Source of the DNA: a bacterium
Lineage (GTDB): Bacteria; Actinomycetota; Humimicrobiia; Humimicrobiales; Humimicrobiaceae
DNA length: 44,713 nucleotides
Direction: 5' to 3'
Assembly: GCA_021371805.1 (NCBI GenBank)
Contig: JAJFVM010000166.1
Coordinates: 1-44,713 of the forward strand
Positions 7,984 to 17,443 of the stretch are shown here, in pieces. The notes beneath the pieces were generated by a model, which ran no database searches, was not told the DNA's origin, and saw only the letters and a program-made list of their open reading frames with translations. Each line of letters begins with the position of its first letter. The stretch's first letter is position 1. The position numbers were made by a program, and so were the translations under genes.

Positions 7984-10900
7984 TTATTCTATAAATATAT
8001 TTCCCTGAAATTTATTTTCAATTTTATCTTCAAACTCCCTTGAATAATTAACATTAAAACTTGAGGGAAGATAAAAACTTTTTTCCACTGATATTTTCAA
8101 ATCTTCCGAAAGCGAACAAACCTGAATAATTATTTTTGTCTTTCCTTTATATTCACTAATTATTTCATGCAGATTATCTATAAATTCATTCGTTAAAAAT
8201 TCCTTTTTTATTTTTAAAATAATTTTGTCCCTATCCGTTTTTATAAAGTCAATTTCATTTTCTTTATTTCCATCATTCAAATCAGAGCTTGAATAATTTA
8301 ATGCATTAACATCATTCCCTTCATTTTCCAAACTACATCCTTCATCTTTAACACTAACCTTAATCTTTTCTAAGATTTCTATTTTCTGGGAAATTAACTT
8401 TAATGCAAAGTTTCTTTTAATTTCCTCTTTTCCATTTGGATATTCGTCCAATACCGCCTCCTCCTTGCCTTCGGAATCTGTGTATCTTGAAGTGCCGTCG
8501 GAGTCATCAAGCTGCGACTGAAAATTGGATTCTTTTCCTTCAATACCGGATCTGATTTCTTTTTTATCCAGTCGCCCTGTTACTTTTAATATACTGTCTT
8601 CCTTCAGTAAATTTTTATATTCCTCTACGGCATTCGGAAAAATAACAAGTTCCAGACTTCCGGTTTTATCCTCGAAACCCACATAATACATAATTTGATT
8701 CTTTTTTGTATAAACTGATTTAATTCTTGTAATCATTCCGCCGATTGTCTGAATTGAGCTGTCTTCTTTTTCAGTCAAATCCGCAATTGAAGTTAATTTT
8801 GAAAGAGTACTCTCGTATTCATTAAGGGGATGACTGGTAATATAAAGCCCAAGCATTTCTTTTTCAAAATTAAGTAAGTCCATTGGTGCAAATTCATCCC
8901 TATATTCTTTTATTTCGATGAATTCACTTAAATAATCATTGCTTTTTTCACTGCTCCCAGCTGGTTCAAACAATGAAAATTGTCCGGCTATTCTATCCTT
9001 TTTAATTTTTTGGGCTATTTCTACAATTTGATTGTAATTATCAAGTAAAAATTTTCTTGAATGATTTAAAGAATCAAAAGCCCCGCCCTTTATTAAACTT
9101 TCAATTGTTTTTTTATTTAAAACACTATTGTCAATCCTTAAGCAGAAATCATAAAAATCTTTGAATTTTCCGTTTTCTTTTCTTTCTACCCTTATTTCTT
9201 CAATAACATTAAGCCCTACATTTTTTATTGCAGAAAGACCGAATCTTATCGAATTTTCAAATACGGTAAAATCACTGAAACTGTCATTTATATCCGGAGG
9301 AAGTACGGAAATTCCCATTCTTCTGCATTCATTAATATATAATGACACTTTTTCCTGGCTTCCCATTCTGATGCTTAAAAGAGCGGCCATAAATTCAACC
9401 GGATAATTCGCCTTAAGATATGCGGTTTGATAAGATATCATAGCATAAGCTGCACTGTGGGATTTATTAAATCCGTATTGTGCAAAATGATTAATAAGAT
9501 CAAACAGTTTTTCTGCAATTTTTATATCATTTCCTAATTTAGCAGCACCATTTATAAATTTTATACGCTGTTCCTCTAACAGCTCTTTCTTTTTTTTACT
9601 GATTGCGTCTCGAAGAATATCTGCTTCAGACATTGTAAAACCGGAAAATGCGGAAGCGAGTTGCATTACCTGCTCCTGATAAATTATCATACCGTATGTG
9701 CTTTTCAATATCGGTTCAAGACTTGGATGGATGTATTTAATTTTTTTCCCGCTGTTTTTATTTTCTATATAATCATTTACCATACCGCTTTGAAGAGGTC
9801 CTGGCCTGTATAAAGCAAGAAGAGCAATTAAGTCTTCAAACTGAGCCGGTTTCATTTTTAAAACAAGATCGCGCATCCCTGAGCTTTCAAGCTGGAAAAC
9901 TCCGAGACATTCTCCCCTGCTGAGCATTTCAAAAGTTTTTTTATCATCAATATTAATAATGTCTATATCTATTTTGATATTTTTTGCTTTTTCAATTAAA
10001 AATAATGTTTTATCAATAAGGGAAAGGGTTTTTAATCCCAGGAAATCCATTTTAAGCAATCCGATCGATTGTATATGCTCCATTTCATATTGAGTTACTA
10101 TATCTTCCCCTGATTCTTTCTGGATAGGAGTATAGTTATACAATTCTTCCGATGAAATTACTATTCCGGCGGCATGAATTGAATCCTGTCTAACCAAACC
10201 TTCAAGCCACTTTGCCGTATCCAAAATGTTTTTGATTTTGTTGTCTTTTATGTATATTTCCCTTAACTCAGGAACTCTTTCAATAGAAGAATCAAGAGTA
10301 ATATTTAATTCGTTCGGAATCATCTTTGCAATCTTATCAACTTCGGAATAAGGAAATTCAAGAACTCTTCCCGCATCTCTTATAGCCTGTTTTGCAGCCA
10401 TTCTTCCAAATGTGATCAGCTGAGCAACATTTCTTGGTCCATATTTTTTATTAACGTACTTAATTACTTCATTTCTTTTTTCATAGCAGAAATCAATGTC
10501 TATGTCAGGCATACTTTTTCGTGCTTCATTTAGAAATCTTTCAAAGAGTAAGCCATATCTCATAGGCTCTATCTCCGTAATATCTAAAAGATATGATACA
10601 ATACTGCCTGCAGCGCTGCCTCTTCCCGGACCTACTCTTATTTCATTCTCTTTTGCAAATTTAACAAAATCCCATACAATTAAAAAATATTCGGAAAATC
10701 CCATCTTCTTTATTACTTCAAGCTCCATTTTTAACCTTGAGTTTATTTCTTCAGTTATATTTCCATACTTGGTTTTTATGGAATCCGCACAAAGTTTTTC
10801 AAGATAAGTATCTTTTGTATAACCATCGGGAACTGTAAACGGAGGAATAAGGTCAAGATTAAATTTAAGATCAACATTACACCTTTCCGCAATTTCCAGA

Positions 10901-11709
10901 GTATTTTCAATTGCACCAGGGAAGCCTTTAAAAATATTTAAAACACTGTCATAATCTTTCAGATAGTATTCCTCAGTTGAAAATTTTAGTCTCTTAACTT
11001 CATTTATAGTTGTTCCGGTCTGAATACAAAGCAATACATCATGGTAATGGCTGTCTTCTTTTGTCAAATAATGGACATCATTAGTCGCGACCAGAGGAAT
11101 CTTCCTGCTTAAAGACAAATCGAGAAGATTTTTATTAACCACAGCCTGTTCAGGAATTCCGGAGTCCTGAATTTCCAGAAAAAAATTATCCTTTCCAAAT
11201 ATATCTATATATTCTTCAAGGGAATTTCTTGCTTTATCTGCTTTCCCAGCCTGAAATAATCTGGCTATCTCTCCTTTTATACAACCGCTTAATGCAATCA
11301 ATCCTTCCCCGTACTGCCTCAGAAGTTCTTTATCTATTCTTGGCTTATAATAAAAGCCTTCAAGGAAACCAAGACTGACTAATTTCATTAAATTCTTATA
11401 TCCTTTAATATTTTCCGCAATTAAAGTGAGGTGATAAAAATTATCATCACCGTTATTTTTTCTTATCTGTTTATCCAGCCTGCCATTGGGAGCGATATAA
11501 ACTTCACAGCCAAGCAGCGGTTTTATTCCAGCTTTTTTAGCTGCATTATAAAATTCTATTATTCCATACATAACCCCATGATCAGTTAAAGCAACTGCGG
11601 GCATACCAAATTCCATAGCTTTTTTTACCAGATCTTTTATGCGGACAGCACCATCAAGCAGCGAGTATTCGCTATGAACGTGAAGATGGACGAAGTTTTT
11701 GGTGCCCAT
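7984..11709 (-). CDS. dnaE: DNA polymerase III alpha subunit
   Basis: The PHP domain reads FVHLHVHSEYSLLDGA. The polymerase core reads RGSAAGS...LPDIDIDF and GLLKMDFLGLKTL. FNKSHSAAYA and an OB fold are present, followed by a long acidic, low-complexity C-terminal region. Total length 1241 aa. Confidence 0.95.
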   Translation of the reverse strand: MGTKNFVHLHVHSEYSLLDGAVRIKDLVKKAMEFGMPAVALTDHGVMYGIIEFYNAAKKAGIKPLLGCEVYIAPNGRLDKQIRKNNGDDNFYHLTLIAENIKGYKNLMKLVSLGFLEGFYYKPRIDKELLRQYGEGLIALSGCIKGEIARLFQAGKADKARNSLEEYIDIFGKDNFFLEIQDSGIPEQAVVNKNLLDLSLSRKIPLVATNDVHYLTKEDSHYHDVLLCIQTGTTINEVKRLKFSTEEYYLKDYDSVLNIFKGFPGAIENTLEIAERCNVDLKFNLDLIPPFTVPDGYTKDTYLEKLCADSIKTKYGNITEEINSRLKMELEVIKKMGFSEYFLIVWDFVKFAKENEIRVGPGRGSAAGSIVSYLLDITEIEPMRYGLLFERFLNEARKSMPDIDIDFCYEKRNEVIKYVNKKYGPRNVAQLITFGRMAAKQAIRDAGRVLEFPYSEVDKIAKMIPNELNITLDSSIERVPELREIYIKDNKIKNILDTAKWLEGLVRQDSIHAAGIVISSEELYNYTPIQKESGEDIVTQYEMEHIQSIGLLKMDFLGLKTLSLIDKTLFLIEKAKNIKIDIDIINIDDKKTFEMLSRGECLGVFQLESSGMRDLVLKMKPAQFEDLIALLALYRPGPLQSGMVNDYIENKNSGKKIKYIHPSLEPILKSTYGMIIYQEQVMQLASAFSGFTMSEADILRDAISKKKKELLEEQRIKFINGAAKLGNDIKIAEKLFDLINHFAQYGFNKSHSAAYAMISYQTAYLKANYPVEFMAALLSIRMGSQEKVSLYINECRRMGISVLPPDINDSFSDFTVFENSIRFGLSAIKNVGLNVIEEIRVERKENGKFKDFYDFCLRIDNSVLNKKTIESLIKGGAFDSLNHSRKFLLDNYNQIVEIAQKIKKDRIAGQFSLFEPAGSSEKSNDYLSEFIEIKEYRDEFAPMDLLNFEKEMLGLYITSHPLNEYESTLSKLTSIADLTEKEDSSIQTIGGMITRIKSVYTKKNQIMYYVGFEDKTGSLELVIFPNAVEEYKNLLKEDSILKVTGRLDKKEIRSGIEGKESNFQSQLDDSDGTSRYTDSEGKEEAVLDEYPNGKEEIKRNFALKLISQKIEILEKIKVSVKDEGCSLENEGNDVNALNYSSSDLNDGNKENEIDFIKTDRDKIILKIKKEFLTNEFIDNLHEIISEYKGKTKIIIQVCSLSEDLKISVEKSFYLPSSFNVNYSREFEDKIENKFQGNIFIE

Positions 11710-11712
11710 TTT

Positions 11713-11835
11713 TTAAAAAACCACCCTATACATTTCTTCAAAATAAGTAATTCCTTCTGCAACTTTTTCAGCAGCCACCTCAAGCAATGTTTTCATTCCT
11801 TTTCTCGCAGAAGATCCCTGATTTCCCAGCGTCAT
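11713..11835 (-). pseudogene. 40-codon ORF resembling the extreme C-terminus of GspE/PilB-type secretion ATPases (probable gene relic)
   Basis: Hand translation gives MTLGNQGSSARKGMKTLLEVAAEKVAEGITYFEEMYRVVF. This matches the family tail pattern GM+TL..DG..KV..G.T.LEEV.RV. There is no Shine-Dalgarno sequence, upstream DNA is AT-rich non-coding, and the stop lies 3 nt before the dnaE ATG. Confidence 0.35.
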
Positions 11836-12050
11836 TTTATTTGTTTTTTTATGTTTTTATAAAAGTTTTATTTAACTTTAAGACTGTTTTTTGCTTAGTT
11901 TTATTATAGATAAAATAACAGCCTAATAAAAGTTTTAAGCAATAAATTATGAAAATATTTAAATAAATAGCTGAATCTATTTTCGTAAGCAGATAAAAAT
12001 ATTTAAAAAAATATGATTAATCAGGTTATATCAATATACCATCTTGAATG

Positions 12051-12824
12051 TCAGACTTTACTGTTGATTTTATTATTTATAACTCCGGCCAGATAACCTG
12101 CACCAAAACCATTATCAATATTCACAACTGCAAGCCCAGGACTGCATGAATTAAGCATAGTAAGAAGAGGAGATATACCTTTAAAACCTGCTCCATATCC
12201 CACACTTGTAGGAACACCGATAACAGGACAGTCAACAATTGAGCTTACTAATCCTGGTAGTGCTCCTTCCATACCGGCAACAGCAACTATAACATTTGCT
12301 TTTAATAATTCTTCCTTAAAACTTAATAATCTGTGTATTCCTGCTATACCGACATCATAAATTTTTTTAACATTATTTCCCATTAAATAACCTGTTATAT
12401 AGGCTTCCTCTGCTATCGGAATGTCTGAAGTTCCGGCACACACAATAGAAATTCCATCTGTTAAATTCTCATCATGATGACTGCTTTTTGTATATATGAT
12501 ATGCGCATTTTCAACAAAGTAAATATCATTTATTTCTTCATTTAATAAATCAAATGTTTCTTTATCGGTTCTGGTTATCAACAGCGTATCAGAATATCTT
12601 AAAATCTTTTTTGCTATTTCAAGAATCTGAATAGAAGTTTTATTTGCACCGTAAATTACTTCAGGAAATCCTCTTCTCAATTTTCTATGATGATCTATTT
12701 TTGCATATCCGATATCCTCAAAATAGATATCCTTTATTTTTGACTTGAAGTCTTCTTTTGAAATTTTTTCTTTTTTTAAATTTTCAAAAAGTTCTTCAAT
12801 AATATTGTCCAAATTATTTTCCAT
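12051..12824 (-). CDS. larB: pyridinium-3,5-biscarboxylic acid mononucleotide synthase (nickel-pincer cofactor biosynthesis, PurE-like)
   Basis: GYAKIDHHRKLRRGFPEVIYGANKT, VCAGTSDIPIAEEA, AGMEGALP, GVPTSVGYG and LLTMLNSCSPGLAVVNIDNGFGAG track LarB closely. Confidence 0.85.
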   Translation of the reverse strand: MENNLDNIIEELFENLKKEKISKEDFKSKIKDIYFEDIGYAKIDHHRKLRRGFPEVIYGANKTSIQILEIAKKILRYSDTLLITRTDKETFDLLNEEINDIYFVENAHIIYTKSSHHDENLTDGISIVCAGTSDIPIAEEAYITGYLMGNNVKKIYDVGIAGIHRLLSFKEELLKANVIVAVAGMEGALPGLVSSIVDCPVIGVPTSVGYGAGFKGISPLLTMLNSCSPGLAVVNIDNGFGAGYLAGVINNKINSKV

Positions 12825-12858
12825 ATTTTTAATTCAATTTTGAAGCCAAATAATGATT

Positions 12859-14427
12859 TTAATTTATTTCACTCAAACCATATATGATGCTGTCCTGTAA
12901 AGCCTGCCAGCTTGCTTCAATTATATTTTCAGAGACTCCTATTGTTCCCCAGCTGTTTTCACCGTCGGAAGATTCAATTAATACCCTTACTACATCTCCC
13001 GTGCCTTTTTTTTCATTAAGCACCCTTACTTTAAAATCTGTTAATTTTATTTTTTTAAGTTTAGGATAAAATCTTGTCAGTGCCTTCCTCAGAGCCATGT
13101 CCAGAGCATTAACAGGACCTACTCCTTCACCAGTCTCGATAATTCTGTCCTGATTTATGAGAATTTTTACAGTTGCCTCTGAAAGCATCTCACCGTTCTC
13201 TTTTTTTTCATTAAGTACTCTAAAACTTTCCAGAGTAAAGTACTCTTTCTTCTCACCTGCAATATCTTTTACCAGTAATTCAAAACTGGCATCAGCTGCC
13301 TCAAATTGATACCCTTTATGCTCCATCATCTGAACTTTTTCAAGTATCTCGCTTACTTTTTTAGGGTTATTTTCCAGATCTATGCCAAACTGTTTTGCTT
13401 TTATAACTATGGATTTTTTGCCGGAAAGTTCACTTATAAGCACTCTTCTTTTATTCCCTACGGACTCAGGTGGAATATGTTCAAACGCGCTTGCAAATTT
13501 GCTTACTCCGCTGACATGCATTCCTGCTTTATGGGCAAAAGCACTTACCCCGACAAAAGGCTGGTGACTGACCGGAGTCTGGTTGGCTAACTCAGCTACA
13601 AATCTTGAAAGACTTGTCAGATTTTTTATGCTGCCAGCATCTTTCAGGCATTGCTTATTAAGCTTAATCTCCAGGTTTGGAATTATCTGGCACAGGTCTG
13701 CATTGCCTGATCTTTCGCCATAACCGTTAATTGTCCCCTGAACCATTACGGCACCGCAGTCAACAGAAATTATTGAATTTGCCACCGCACAACCGCCGTC
13801 ATTATGGAAATGAATACCTATCGGAGTTTGTATTTCTTTTCTTATCTTCGAAATAACTTTATTTATCTCAATAGGAAGTGAGCCGCCATTAGTATCACAG
13901 GGTACAATAAAATCAGCTCCTGCTTCCGCTGCTGTTTTTAAAGTCCTTATTGCATACCCAGGATTTTCTTTAAACCCGTCAAAAAAATGTTCACCGTCAA
14001 ATATTACTTCCCTGACATTCTTTTTTAAATACCGTATCGAATCAAAAATCATTTCAAGGTTATGCTCAAGTGTGGTTTCAATAACTTTTTCAACATGAAA
14101 GGCAGAAGATTTTCCGAATATACATACGGTATCCGCTCTTGAATCTATAAGCATTTTAATATTTTCATCATCCTGTACGTCAACATTTTTATAATTTGTT
14201 CTGCCGAAAGCAACAATTCTTGAGTAGTTGTATTTTTTATTTTTTAATATTCCGAAAAGCTCCTCATCTTTTGGATTAGATGCCGGGAAACCGACTTCAA
14301 TATAATCAATACCAATATCATCTAATTTTTCAATTATTTGAAGCTTATCCCTTACCGATAATGAAATACTTTCCCCTTGAGTTCCGTCTCTTAAGGTTGT
14401 ATCAAATATATATATTTTATCAGACAT
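12859..14427 (-). CDS. cimA: (R)-citramalate synthase (LeuA-related, CimA type)
   Basis: [25 protein letters not shown]...IDYIEVGFPASNPKD and HFHNDGGCAVANS are present. The 522-aa length and C-terminal regulatory domain fit the CimA-type subfamily. A separate canonical leuA sits in the same cluster. Confidence 0.75.
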   Translation of the reverse strand: MSDKIYIFDTTLRDGTQGESISLSVRDKLQIIEKLDDIGIDYIEVGFPASNPKDEELFGILKNKKYNYSRIVAFGRTNYKNVDVQDDENIKMLIDSRADTVCIFGKSSAFHVEKVIETTLEHNLEMIFDSIRYLKKNVREVIFDGEHFFDGFKENPGYAIRTLKTAAEAGADFIVPCDTNGGSLPIEINKVISKIRKEIQTPIGIHFHNDGGCAVANSIISVDCGAVMVQGTINGYGERSGNADLCQIIPNLEIKLNKQCLKDAGSIKNLTSLSRFVAELANQTPVSHQPFVGVSAFAHKAGMHVSGVSKFASAFEHIPPESVGNKRRVLISELSGKKSIVIKAKQFGIDLENNPKKVSEILEKVQMMEHKGYQFEAADASFELLVKDIAGEKKEYFTLESFRVLNEKKENGEMLSEATVKILINQDRIIETGEGVGPVNALDMALRKALTRFYPKLKKIKLTDFKVRVLNEKKGTGDVVRVLIESSDGENSWGTIGVSENIIEASWQALQDSIIYGLSEIN

Positions 14428-14435
14428 ATTGGCTC

Positions 14436-15524
14436 CTAGTCATCTAAGCATAAGGTTTTAATTTCATCTAAGATTAAATTGCCCATCTCACTTGTGGAAA
14501 CTAATTTGTTTTTGCTATCATAAATATCCGCAGTTCTGTAGCCTTTTTCCAGAACAACATCAACAGCTTTTTCTATAAAGTCAGCTTGCAAACCTAAATC
14601 AAGGCTGTACCTTAAAAGCATTGCCAGAGACAGTATCTGTGCAATCGGATTTGCCTTACCCTGCCCCTGAATATCCGGAGCACTGCCGTGGATTGGTTCA
14701 TACATGCCCAGACTGTCTTCTCTTAGTGATGCGCTTGGAAGAAGACCGATTGAACCTGAAATCATCGCGGTTTCATCACTTAAAATGTCACCAAACATAT
14801 TTGATGTCAATATTACATCAAACTGTTTGGGATTTCTGATAAGCTGCATTGACGTATTGTCAACATACATGTGATTCAATTCAATATCATCGTATTCCTT
14901 ATGTATTTTGTTTACAACTTCTCTCCAGAGTCTTGAGCTTTCCAGAATATTTGCTTTATCGACAGAAGTTATTTTTTTGCTTCTCATTCTTGCCGTTTTA
15001 AATCCGAGTCTTGCAATTCTTTCTATCTCATAAGTATAATATTTTTCCGTATCGTAGGCATATTCGCCTTTTTCATCCGAAAGCCTTTTTCTTTCTCCGA
15101 AATAAATTCCTCCTGTTAGTTCCCTTAAAACCAGAATATTCACCCCGGTTAGAACTTCTTCTTTCAATGTTGACGAAGATACAAGAGGTTTGTAAATTTT
15201 GACAGGTCTTAAATTTGCAAAAAGCCCTAACTCTTTCCTCACTTTAAGCAATGCATCTTCGGGTCTTGGTTTTCCCGGCAAAGTTGTATCCCATTTCGGA
15301 CCTCCGACAGCCCCCAGTAACACAGCATTTGAATTTTTACATTTTTCAATAGTTTCATCTTTAACCGGAATCCCGTATTTATCTATCGCTATTCCACCTA
15401 TATCTCCGTATTCATAACCAATTTCCAGATTATATTTTGAAATCATATAATCTAATATTTTTATAGTTTCATTTACTATTTCAGGTCCTATTCCATCTCC
15501 GGGCATAACCATTATCTTTTTCAT
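14436..15524 (-). CDS. leuB: 3-isopropylmalate dehydrogenase
   Basis: MPGDGIGPEI, LLGAVGGPKW, LRPV, NMFGDILSDE and GSAPDI are LeuB motifs. Confidence 0.93.
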   Translation of the reverse strand: MKKIMVMPGDGIGPEIVNETIKILDYMISKYNLEIGYEYGDIGGIAIDKYGIPVKDETIEKCKNSNAVLLGAVGGPKWDTTLPGKPRPEDALLKVRKELGLFANLRPVKIYKPLVSSSTLKEEVLTGVNILVLRELTGGIYFGERKRLSDEKGEYAYDTEKYYTYEIERIARLGFKTARMRSKKITSVDKANILESSRLWREVVNKIHKEYDDIELNHMYVDNTSMQLIRNPKQFDVILTSNMFGDILSDETAMISGSIGLLPSASLREDSLGMYEPIHGSAPDIQGQGKANPIAQILSLAMLLRYSLDLGLQADFIEKAVDVVLEKGYRTADIYDSKNKLVSTSEMGNLILDEIKTLCLDD

Positions 15525-16024
15525 TAACTCTCCTTAGACGTTTCTGCTTTAACAAAATTAACGTAGCCGCCATTTTTTATAAGTTTTTGTATAAATTCAG
15601 GAAATGGATTGGTTTTAAATTCTTTTCCTGTAGTTATGTCCTTTATAACTCCGTTATCCAGATCAATTTCAAGATCATCTCCGTCTTTAATATTTTTTGC
15701 CGCTTCCGGATGCGCAATTACCGGCAATCCGATATTTATTGCATTTCTAAAAAATATTCTTGCAAAAGACTCTGCGATTATAAGTTTTATACCGCTTGAT
15801 TTTATCGAAATCGGGGCATGTTCTCTTGAAGAACCGCATCCGAAATTCTCACCTGCAATAATTATTTTTCTATTTATGGATTTTTGTTGGAAATCCTTAT
15901 CAAGATCTTCAAAACAATGAGCGGCAAGCTCACTTTCTGAACTTGTATTTAAATATCTTGCAGGAATAATAACGTCGGTATCAACATTATTTCCGTATTT
16001 TATTGATTTATCTTTAATAACCAT
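15524..16024 (-). CDS. leuD: 3-isopropylmalate dehydratase small subunit (short archaeal/Thermotoga-like type)
   Basis: NVDTDVIIPARYL, GENFGCGSSREHA and SFARIFFRNAIN are LeuD motifs. Length 166 aa. It overlaps leuB by 1 nt. Confidence 0.9.
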   Translation of the reverse strand: MVIKDKSIKYGNNVDTDVIIPARYLNTSSESELAAHCFEDLDKDFQQKSINRKIIIAGENFGCGSSREHAPISIKSSGIKLIIAESFARIFFRNAINIGLPVIAHPEAAKNIKDGDDLEIDLDNGVIKDITTGKEFKTNPFPEFIQKLIKNGGYVNFVKAETSKES

Positions 16025-16069
16025 CTCTCTCCTTTAATTTTAAAAACCTTTGTGCAAATATAATTAAGT

Positions 16070-17350
16070 CTATTCTTCGGGTAAGCTTATTCTGCCTGTC
16101 AATGCAGACGCAGCTGCAACTGCCGGACCTGAAAGATAAACTTCACTTTTAGGGTGCCCCATTCTGCCTACAAAATTCCTGTTGGTTGTCGATATGGCCC
16201 TTTCTCCTTGCGCAAGAATTCCCATATGTCCGCCAAGGCATGGACCACATGTCGGCGTACTTACAACACATCCTGCTTTTATAAAGTTTTCAATAAATCC
16301 TCTTTTTAAAGCTTCAAGATAAATCTTCTGAGTCGCAGGAATAATAATTACCCTTAAATTTTTATTGACCTTCTTGCCTGCCAATATATCATTTGCAATT
16401 TTAAGATCCTCTATCCTGCCGTTAGTGCATGATCCTATCACAACCTGATCAATTGTTACATTGCCCAGGTCTTTTGCTTTTTTTACATTGGAGGGCAGAT
16501 TCGGAGCAGCAACCAGCAAGTCAATTTCATCGGAATTTATATCATAAATTTTTTCATATACGGCATCCGGATCACTGCCAAATATTTTATATTCTGTGTC
16601 TCTTTTCCCGATCTTACTTAAGAATTCTTTTGTTTTTGAATCCACATTAAATATTCCAAATTTTGCACCGGCTTCTATAACCATGTTAGCCATTGTAAAT
16701 CTGCCGTCCATTGATAATCCGGAAATGGTGTCACCGGTAAATTCCAATGATCTGTAAAGAGCTCCGTCAACTCCTATTTTTCCGATGATGAACAGGATTA
16801 AATCCTTACCGCTGACCCATGGATTCAAGCTTCCGGTAAAGTTAAACCTTATTGTTTTAGGCACCATGAACCATGTTTTACCTGTGGCCATCGCCATACC
16901 TATATCGGTGCTTCCCATCCCGGTTGACAACGCACCTAATGCACCATACGTGCAAGTATGAGAATCTGCACCAATTATCAGATCTCCAGGAACAGCCAGC
17001 CCTGCTTCCGGAATCAAAGCATGTTCTATGCCCATGCATCCTATTTCAAAATAATTCTTTATTTCATATTCTGCCGCAAAATCTCTTAATATTTTTGCCT
17101 GTTCTGCGGATTTGATATCCTTGTTTGGAGTAAAATGATCCGGTACAATAGCTATTTTGTTTTTATTGAAAACTTTTTTTACTCCTATTTTTTTAAATTC
17201 TCCTATAGCCAGGGGCATTGTAATATCATTTCCAAGAACAAGATCTACATTTGCATTAACAATCTCCCCTTCTTCAACATATTCTTTCCCGCAATGACAG
17301 GCCAGTATCTTCTGCGCTATGGTTTGAGGTTTGTTATTTTTTAAACTCAT
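16070..17350 (-). CDS. leuC: 3-isopropylmalate dehydratase large subunit
   Basis: The aconitase-family Fe-S ligand motifs are [11 protein letters not shown] and GSCTNGR...CGPCLG. Length 426 aa. It pairs with leuD. Confidence 0.92.
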   Translation of the reverse strand: MSLKNNKPQTIAQKILACHCGKEYVEEGEIVNANVDLVLGNDITMPLAIGEFKKIGVKKVFNKNKIAIVPDHFTPNKDIKSAEQAKILRDFAAEYEIKNYFEIGCMGIEHALIPEAGLAVPGDLIIGADSHTCTYGALGALSTGMGSTDIGMAMATGKTWFMVPKTIRFNFTGSLNPWVSGKDLILFIIGKIGVDGALYRSLEFTGDTISGLSMDGRFTMANMVIEAGAKFGIFNVDSKTKEFLSKIGKRDTEYKIFGSDPDAVYEKIYDINSDEIDLLVAAPNLPSNVKKAKDLGNVTIDQVVIGSCTNGRIEDLKIANDILAGKKVNKNLRVIIIPATQKIYLEALKRGFIENFIKAGCVVSTPTCGPCLGGHMGILAQGERAISTTNRNFVGRMGHPKSEVYLSGPAVAAASALTGRISLPEE

Positions 17351-17443
17351 TTTTACCTTTCAGTTATCAAATTCAAAGATAATATAAAATAAATATTTTC
17401 ATTAAACATCATAAGCACTGTTATTTAAATCTTAATGAGCTAC

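Noticed and set aside
11674-11862. 62-aa plus-strand ORF spanning the dnaE start region
   Set aside because: It is antisense to both the dnaE start and the GspE/PilB-like relic, has no RBS and has no recognisable motifs. It looks like a by-product of the opposite-strand coding sequence.
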